A stretch of DNA of 32,000 bases from Nitrosospira multiformis ATCC 25196. Lineage in GTDB: Bacteria; Pseudomonadota; Gammaproteobacteria; Burkholderiales; Nitrosomonadaceae. This document shows, one piece after another, positions 27,020 to 32,000 of the stretch (within the stretch, counting starts at the first letter, position 1; each line of letters begins with the position of its first letter). Below the pieces are notes generated by a model. It had not been told where the DNA came from and searched no databases. It saw only the letters and a program-made list of their open reading frames with translations. Made by a program: the position numbers and the translations under genes. The stretch lies in contig NC_007614.1 in the NCBI RefSeq assembly GCF_000196355.1, positions 1,350,001 to 1,382,000 on the forward strand, written 5' to 3'.

Positions 27020-27826
27020 TTAATGCATACCTCTTCGGCGCATCATTGCGCCCATCAACCCAAGGCCTGCCAACAACATTGCATAAACTTCAGGTTCGGG
27101 AACCACGCCTGCCACTAGAGTTGCGGTAACGCCATACTTTGTCGAGAGGTCGGGATTGTTGGCTTCCTGGGCAAAATAGTCCGTGCCGCCGACGAACACC
27201 GAGTAGTCGCCCGCCTTGAGATTCATGAATGTATGCGAAACCTTGCCGTCGGGCGTACCGTCGGAGCCGAAGCCGGTACCATCATAGGCATGACCGATAT
27301 ACTTGAAGAAGCTCAGGCTTGCCGGAATGGGAGTTCCGTTCAAATCGCCCGGATCGTTACCGATTGACCAATCCGCCAAAGCTTTGAATGATCCCTCTGT
27401 ACCGGGGTCACGATTGGCAATCGATATTTCGGCAGAATCGTAATCTGCCTTCACCGGAGCCAGGTGCGCCAGGCCCTCGTAGAGGGAGAAACCAGGTTTC
27501 AAGCCCAACCGGGAAGTCGAGACATTCCCCAAATGATCAGTCACTTGGGAAGTTGCCTGTTCGAATGTGAGTGTAACGTTCGTTTCCTCAGCAAGGGTAA
27601 AACGATAGGGGCGCAGTTTGTGGCTATCGCCATTGTCGGAGTCGGTCCCGTCGATCCAGCCGTAATTACCCGTAACCGCCTGATTGGATAACGTTGTCCT
27701 GCTATAGGTGTTGTCGAATGTGCCGAAATTGCGCTCCGTATAACCCACATGCGCCATCGCGGGCAGCGAGATGATAGCGGTGACAGTGGCTGCGACAACA
27801 GGCAGATACCTGAATGCTTTTTTCAT
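27020..27826 (-). CDS. PEP-CTERM sorting domain-containing protein
   Basis: 268 aa with signal peptide MKKAFRYLPVVAATVTAIISLPAMAHVG. C-terminal VPEPEVYAMLLAGLGLMGAMMRRRG. SD-like GAGGGA before ATG. Confidence 0.88.
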   Translation of the reverse strand: MKKAFRYLPVVAATVTAIISLPAMAHVGYTERNFGTFDNTYSRTTLSNQAVTGNYGWIDGTDSDNGDSHKLRPYRFTLAEETNVTLTFEQATSQVTDHLGNVSTSRLGLKPGFSLYEGLAHLAPVKADYDSAEISIANRDPGTEGSFKALADWSIGNDPGDLNGTPIPASLSFFKYIGHAYDGTGFGSDGTPDGKVSHTFMNLKAGDYSVFVGGTDYFAQEANNPDLSTKYGVTATLVAGVVPEPEVYAMLLAGLGLMGAMMRRRGMH

Positions 27827-27881
27827 ATTAGTCCCTCGTTGATTGTCTGTTGAAGGTAGGTGTTTTTCCGTATTTTTAACA

Positions 27882-27911
27882 TATCGGCATATTTACATTT
27901 AAGTGCCGATA
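27882..27911. promoter_or_regulatory. Inverted repeat TATCGGCA-N14-TGCCGATA upstream of the PEP-CTERM gene
   Basis: Perfect 8-bp arms at 27882-27889 and 27904-27911. Confidence 0.45.
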
Positions 27912-27946
27912 CCAGGGAGTATTTATTATTCATACCGACAAATCAA

Positions 27947-27980
27947 TGTGGCATATTGTCGCATGCGGCAATATGTCGCA
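27947..27980. promoter_or_regulatory. 34-nt imperfect palindrome containing three TGT(G/C)GCA heptamers
   Basis: TGTGGCATATTGTCGCA|TGCGGCAATATGTCGCA. 14 of 17 positions pair; the other 3 are G.U-compatible in plus-strand RNA. Heptamers at 27947, 27957 and 27974. Confidence 0.5.
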
Positions 27981-28190
27981 GTTTCCTGATGGAATGATTG
28001 ACGGGGAGCGTGGATTGGACCATAAGAAGCAATGCTATGAGGAGATATGACGTAAATAAATATAAATATGGAAGGGTGCGGGAAACCTGGCAACCTGGAG
28101 ATGCGCAGCGGGGGAATCCGTTCGGGGAGGAGAATCTTGAGGGCCGGGATGACAAGTTAATGCGGTTGCGGCACCTGAAGATATGGTTGG

Positions 28191-30314
28191 TCAGGTAGCG
28201 CTAGTGCTGGTATGGGCCAGCTTTTTTGAGCCGACCAGGTTATCGATGGCTATAATCAATGCAACGGAATCCACGGGCTTGGGCAGGTGTTTCTGGTAGC
28301 CTGCGCTCATCATTTTGGCCCTGTCCTCCGGATGGGCGAATGCCGTGAGGGCGATAGCCGGGATTGTTCCCCCATTTTCTGCCGAAAGGCTTCTCACCTC
28401 GGCGATGAACTGATACCCGTTTTTTTCGGGCATGCTGATATCGCTGATAACGATATCCGGCTTCTCGGTCTTTAAGAGTTCCAGGCCATCTGTCGCCCGT
28501 GCAGCCGTAATCACACTTGCTTCCTGCTGCGCCAGAATCCGCCTGATGAGTTCGCGTGCATCCAGTTCATCATCGACAACCAGCACTTTCAATCCCTTGA
28601 ATAACGCCTGCGGTTCGATGCATTCCTGCGGAGGGAGCGGTTCGCTTTTTGTTTCGGAAACAGGAGGAGCGACCGGCAGGTTTACGATAAAGGATGATCC
28701 TTGTCCCTCACCCGGACTTTCTGCACGCACCGTTCCACCGTGAAGTTCCACCAGTTGTTTCACAATGGCAAGACCAAGACCGAGGCCGCCGTACTGCCGC
28801 GTAAGCGAAGCGTCTCCCTGCCGGAAGCGATCAAAGACATAGGGCATGAATGCGGAAGTGATTCCCGAACCGGAGTCGCTTATCCTGATTTCGAGGAACA
28901 AGTTTCGCTGTTCTACTGTAACTTCTATTTTCCCCCCCTTGGGCGTGAATTTTATCGAATTGGAGAGCAGGTTCCAGAGTATCTGCTGGAGCCGGTTGGA
29001 ATCTCCGATGATGGAATCGAATTTTTTGCCCAGCGTTTTTTTCAGAATGACTCCTTTGGCCTGCGCTGTCGGCTTTACTGATTCGACCGCTGTCTCGACC
29101 AGGTTGGCGATATCCTGCCGCCGCATATCCAGCCTGACTTTTCCGGAGATGATGCTGCTCATGTCGAGGAGGTCTTCAATCAGCTTGTTCTGGACACGCG
29201 CATTTCGCTCGATCGTTTCCAGTCCCCGGTGGATGTCCTCTTTTTTAAGGTTTCCACTCAGGATGAGTTGGGACCATCCCAGGATTGCGTTTAACGGGGT
29301 TCTCAATTCATGAGAAAGGGTTGCCAGAAACTCGTCCTTGAGGCGGCTTGCGCGCTCAGCTTCATTTCGGGCGATTGTTTCATTCTCGAGAAGTTGCCGT
29401 TTTTCCGCATCTGCGAGGGCTAATGCTTCGCCGAGCTTGGCAACCTCATTACTCGTCGCTTTCCCATAGCGGCTGGGAAGAATGCCCCGAGTGGCTCCCG
29501 CGACCTGCCGGCCCAGATCGGCCAACGGCCGTAGTATGTTGAGCCGGGTATAAAAAATGATGCCCATGGTGGCTACCAGGGCAACGAAGATAAGCGCCAT
29601 CTCGAAGATGATCTGGCGCTCGAGTCGCGCCAGCCCGAGATTTGATTGAGTTTGCATGCGTTCACCGAATAAGTCCATGAACGCCTGAATCGGCTCCATG
29701 ACAGCGGCTTTTTCTGCAATATACTGCTCACTGAACAGAAGCTTTATCGCGAGGTCACGGTCGGGTTTGCCGCGCACGGTAAAATTGCCTTCACCGTCGT
29801 CATATAAGCCTTCCATTGCGGCAAAGGCGCGCTGCTCAAGCTTGACCAGCCTGTCGGAGCGTTCCAGCGATTGCTGCAGCAAGCCATATTCTTCATTGTT
29901 CAGGCCTTCTTGCTGAAACCTCTCCCGCAAAGGAACGGCACGCCCTTGCCTGACGACGGGAGTTTTTCCCGCCATCATCAGGTCCCAGTATGTCGGGGAA
30001 TAATTCACCGGGCGTGGATGGAGTCCGTTGCGAATATCCAGTATTTCGTTGAAATACCGCTTGTAGACCGGGTCGCCGGTGATCACATACGTGCGGGCCA
30101 TGCGTGTGAGGTCGTTGGAGGTGTGAAGCAGTTCATCCCCGAGCAGCAGCGCCTGGAACCGGTGCCGTTCCGCGATGTTGATCTCCTGGCGAATACCCAT
30201 CGAATGAAAGACGAGGGCACCGATCGCCGCAAGCAGGAGCGCAAGGGTGACATTGGAAAAACTGATAAAGTTTCTGATGTTCATAAACCCATCCCGCTGC
30301 AATTGCCCGTCCAT
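28191..30314 (-). CDS. Hybrid sensor histidine kinase with C-terminal receiver domain
   Basis: 707 aa. Two TMs flank an extracytoplasmic region. HAMP-like linker; HisKA H-box FLATLSHELRTPLNAILGWSQL; HATPase NLLSNSIKFT, DSGSG and GGLGLGLAIVKQLVELHGG; receiver VLVVDDELDARELIRR...DIVISDISMPEKNG. Confidence 0.93.
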   Translation of the reverse strand: MDGQLQRDGFMNIRNFISFSNVTLALLLAAIGALVFHSMGIRQEINIAERHRFQALLLGDELLHTSNDLTRMARTYVITGDPVYKRYFNEILDIRNGLHPRPVNYSPTYWDLMMAGKTPVVRQGRAVPLRERFQQEGLNNEEYGLLQQSLERSDRLVKLEQRAFAAMEGLYDDGEGNFTVRGKPDRDLAIKLLFSEQYIAEKAAVMEPIQAFMDLFGERMQTQSNLGLARLERQIIFEMALIFVALVATMGIIFYTRLNILRPLADLGRQVAGATRGILPSRYGKATSNEVAKLGEALALADAEKRQLLENETIARNEAERASRLKDEFLATLSHELRTPLNAILGWSQLILSGNLKKEDIHRGLETIERNARVQNKLIEDLLDMSSIISGKVRLDMRRQDIANLVETAVESVKPTAQAKGVILKKTLGKKFDSIIGDSNRLQQILWNLLSNSIKFTPKGGKIEVTVEQRNLFLEIRISDSGSGITSAFMPYVFDRFRQGDASLTRQYGGLGLGLAIVKQLVELHGGTVRAESPGEGQGSSFIVNLPVAPPVSETKSEPLPPQECIEPQALFKGLKVLVVDDELDARELIRRILAQQEASVITAARATDGLELLKTEKPDIVISDISMPEKNGYQFIAEVRSLSAENGGTIPAIALTAFAHPEDRAKMMSAGYQKHLPKPVDSVALIIAIDNLVGSKKLAHTSTSAT

Positions 30315-30539
30315 TTTCTATCGCATCAATTGCCTGTTTTAATTTTATACGCCTGGACTCCGGAGCGCGATTTATTTACAGACTCCTGTATCGAGCCGGG
30401 GGGGATATACGGCAAGCGGCTTCCCTCCCGCTTTTCTAAAAGAAAGAACGGTAACCCGCTCTATTTCTTCATTTCCATGCAATGCTGTTGAAATGAACCG
30501 GTGTTAGATTTCCTGGTATCAATCCACAGGAGGAAAAAG

Positions 30540-31556
30540 ATGCGTTCATATCACTCCCGGCTGGTTTTTGCGATTCTGGCAATTCTGCTTAGCTTCAGTG
30601 CAGCGGTTGCCGCGCTGCATAGCATGTCCGCGAACTACAGTTCCGATGCAAGTCACAAAATGTTCGATGATTTCAACAAGGCGTTTATCAAGCACTGGAA
30701 AACGCGAACGGGTGTGGAGGTGACGATCCGCCATGCGGAAAGCAAGCCAGGCATACCTCTCCGGGCGAATATAGATGGACTCGATGTTACGTCAATTGCT
30801 CTGTCCTATGATCCGGAGATACTGCAAAAAACCAATAGATTTTCGTTACCTGACTGGCAAAAACCCCTCCCACGAAAATCACCATATACCTCAACCATTG
30901 TCTTTCTGGTGCGCAATGGCAACCCGAAGAAGGTGCGGGATTGGAATGATCTCGCGAACCCGGGTATCGAGATTGTAACTTCCAATCCAAAGACTTCGGG
31001 GGATGCACGCTGGAGTTACCTGGCCGCCTGGGGGTATGCGCTCAAACAGTCCCGAGGAAGTGATGTAACGGCGATCGAATTCATAAAAAAAATATTTGGC
31101 AACGTAAAGACTCTGGAAAACGGAACGCGCAGTTCAGTAATAACTTTCGTCGAACGCGGCAGAGGGGATGTGCTGCTGATTTGGGAAAATGAAGCCCACC
31201 TGATCGTCAAAGAGCATGGTGGAGACAAATTTGAGATCATTACCCCCTCCTTCTCAATCCTGGCCGAACCCACTGTGAACATAGTAAGTGATGCCGCCTC
31301 ACAGAATGGAACGCGTGAAGTGGCCAAGGCTTACGTCGATTATCTCTACACACTGAAGGCCCAGGAAATAGCAGCCAGACACTATTATCGCCCGCGTGAT
31401 GAGAGGATAGCCGCCAGGTATTCGAGGCAATTTCCATCTCTCGAATTGTTTACCGTCGATGAAATGTTTGGAGGCTGGAAGGAGGCTCGAAACATCCATT
31501 TTGCGGACGGCGGCATTTTCGACCGAATTCAAACGCATTCAAGCGCGTTTCACTGA
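30540..31556 (+). CDS. Sulfate/thiosulfate-binding-protein (Sbp/CysP) family periplasmic protein
   Basis: CAGGAGGAAAAAG SD just before ATG 30540. Signal peptide. Family blocks SPYTSTIVFLVRNGNPKKVRDWNDL, NPKTSGDARWSYLAAWGYALK, GDVLLIWENEAHL, ARHYYRPRDE and FGGWKEARNIHFADGGIFD. Confidence 0.85.
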   Translation: MRSYHSRLVFAILAILLSFSAAVAALHSMSANYSSDASHKMFDDFNKAFIKHWKTRTGVEVTIRHAESKPGIPLRANIDGLDVTSIALSYDPEILQKTNRFSLPDWQKPLPRKSPYTSTIVFLVRNGNPKKVRDWNDLANPGIEIVTSNPKTSGDARWSYLAAWGYALKQSRGSDVTAIEFIKKIFGNVKTLENGTRSSVITFVERGRGDVLLIWENEAHLIVKEHGGDKFEIITPSFSILAEPTVNIVSDAASQNGTREVAKAYVDYLYTLKAQEIAARHYYRPRDERIAARYSRQFPSLELFTVDEMFGGWKEARNIHFADGGIFDRIQTHSSAFH

Positions 31557-31872
31557 AATTGCAGCCGCCTGTCAGTATGGGAGTATTTCCAACTGACATT
31601 CATGCCTACCACAATCTTCTGCAAAAATTCCTCCTATCTTTCCGACTGTAATTTCCCCTCTTTCAAACCCGCAGCTTCGTCGAAATAATTCTTCCGGGTT
31701 TCTCACCTTTTTCTTTGTTGCTGACTGCTTTTTGCTTCAACCACCTTCAGCTCCTCAGTTTCCTTGAGGGGGAAGGTGGCCGCGAGCAGGAGCAGGCTTT
31801 TTGCACAACTATGCGTTTTGCAACAGAGACTTATGGTATTCGTCGAAATGCGGCTAATTGACTTTTTCCAAT

Positions 31873-31998
31873 TTATGTGCGCCAGCGCACTGAGCCATAA
31901 GCGATAGCGCGAGATGATTGAATCGTAGGATCGTAAGCTAAGCCGGTGTGGAGCAGGGCATGGATGGCCTTTAGCTGCGCGTCATTGGCGACCCTTAA
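31873..31998 (-). CDS. Partial ORF of unknown identity running off the right edge
   Basis: Open frame LRVANDAQLKAIHALLHTGLAYDPTIQSSRAIAYGSVRWRT* continues to the window edge. It was not in the supplied ORF track because no start is inside the window. Confidence 0.3.
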   Translation of the reverse strand, partial: LRVANDAQLKAIHALLHTGLAYDPTIQSSRAIAYGSVRWRT

Positions 31999-32000
31999 TT

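Noticed and set aside
27830-27911. Sigma-54 promoter (TGGCAC-N5-TTGC) upstream of the PEP-CTERM gene
   Set aside because: The minus strand has CGGCACTTAAATGTA but lacks the TTGC element at the right spacing.
30414-30433. AAGCGG-N8-CCGCTT followed by TTCT as a possible terminator
   Set aside because: Short stem, weak T run, and no plus-strand gene upstream to terminate; it lies upstream of both flanking genes.
1-32000. CRISPR arrays, tRNA/rRNA genes, intact transposases or phage genes
   Set aside because: No regularly spaced repeats, tRNA-like cloverleaf or transposase/integrase motif was recognised by eye; a tRNAscan-SE, Infernal or ISfinder run could change this.

Overview
This 32 kb window looks like a betaproteobacterial chromosome segment. 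A Nitrosospira-like ammonia oxidiser is my inference from protein style, not tested. Left to right it contains: (1) the edge of a polysaccharide locus, with a partial RgpF-like protein, an FkbM-type methyltransferase and an MsbA-like ABC exporter; (2) a bacterial NHEJ pair, Ku and a PE-LIG-POL LigD, with a small membrane protein gene divergent from it; (3) a leftward group encoding an O-methyltransferase-like protein, an SRPBCC protein, a stress-type SDR oxidoreductase, an AsmA-family protein and a Crp/Fnr regulator; (4) a very large (about 2905 aa) cyclic beta-1,2-glucan synthase (NdvB/ChvB type); (5) a Crp/Fnr-like ORF that has lost its DNA-binding domain, then DUF883, PEP-CTERM SGNH hydrolase, DUF1840, a truncated DJ-1/PfpI, a Pmp3/YqaE peptide, a second PEP-CTERM protein and a hybrid histidine kinase; (6) a sulfate-binding-protein homologue whose ligand-binding motifs look altered. 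I saw no tRNA, rRNA, CRISPR array or intact mobile element. No clearly new multi-gene system can be demonstrated from sequence alone. The best second-look items are the altered ligand pocket of the SBP homologue, the 34-nt wobble-compatible palindrome and second inverted repeat upstream of the PEP-CTERM gene, the truncated Crp/Fnr ORF beside ndvB, the 13-bp duplication at the ndvB stop, the hairpin in the Ku leader with its divergent membrane protein, and a possible stress/desiccation gene neighbourhood.
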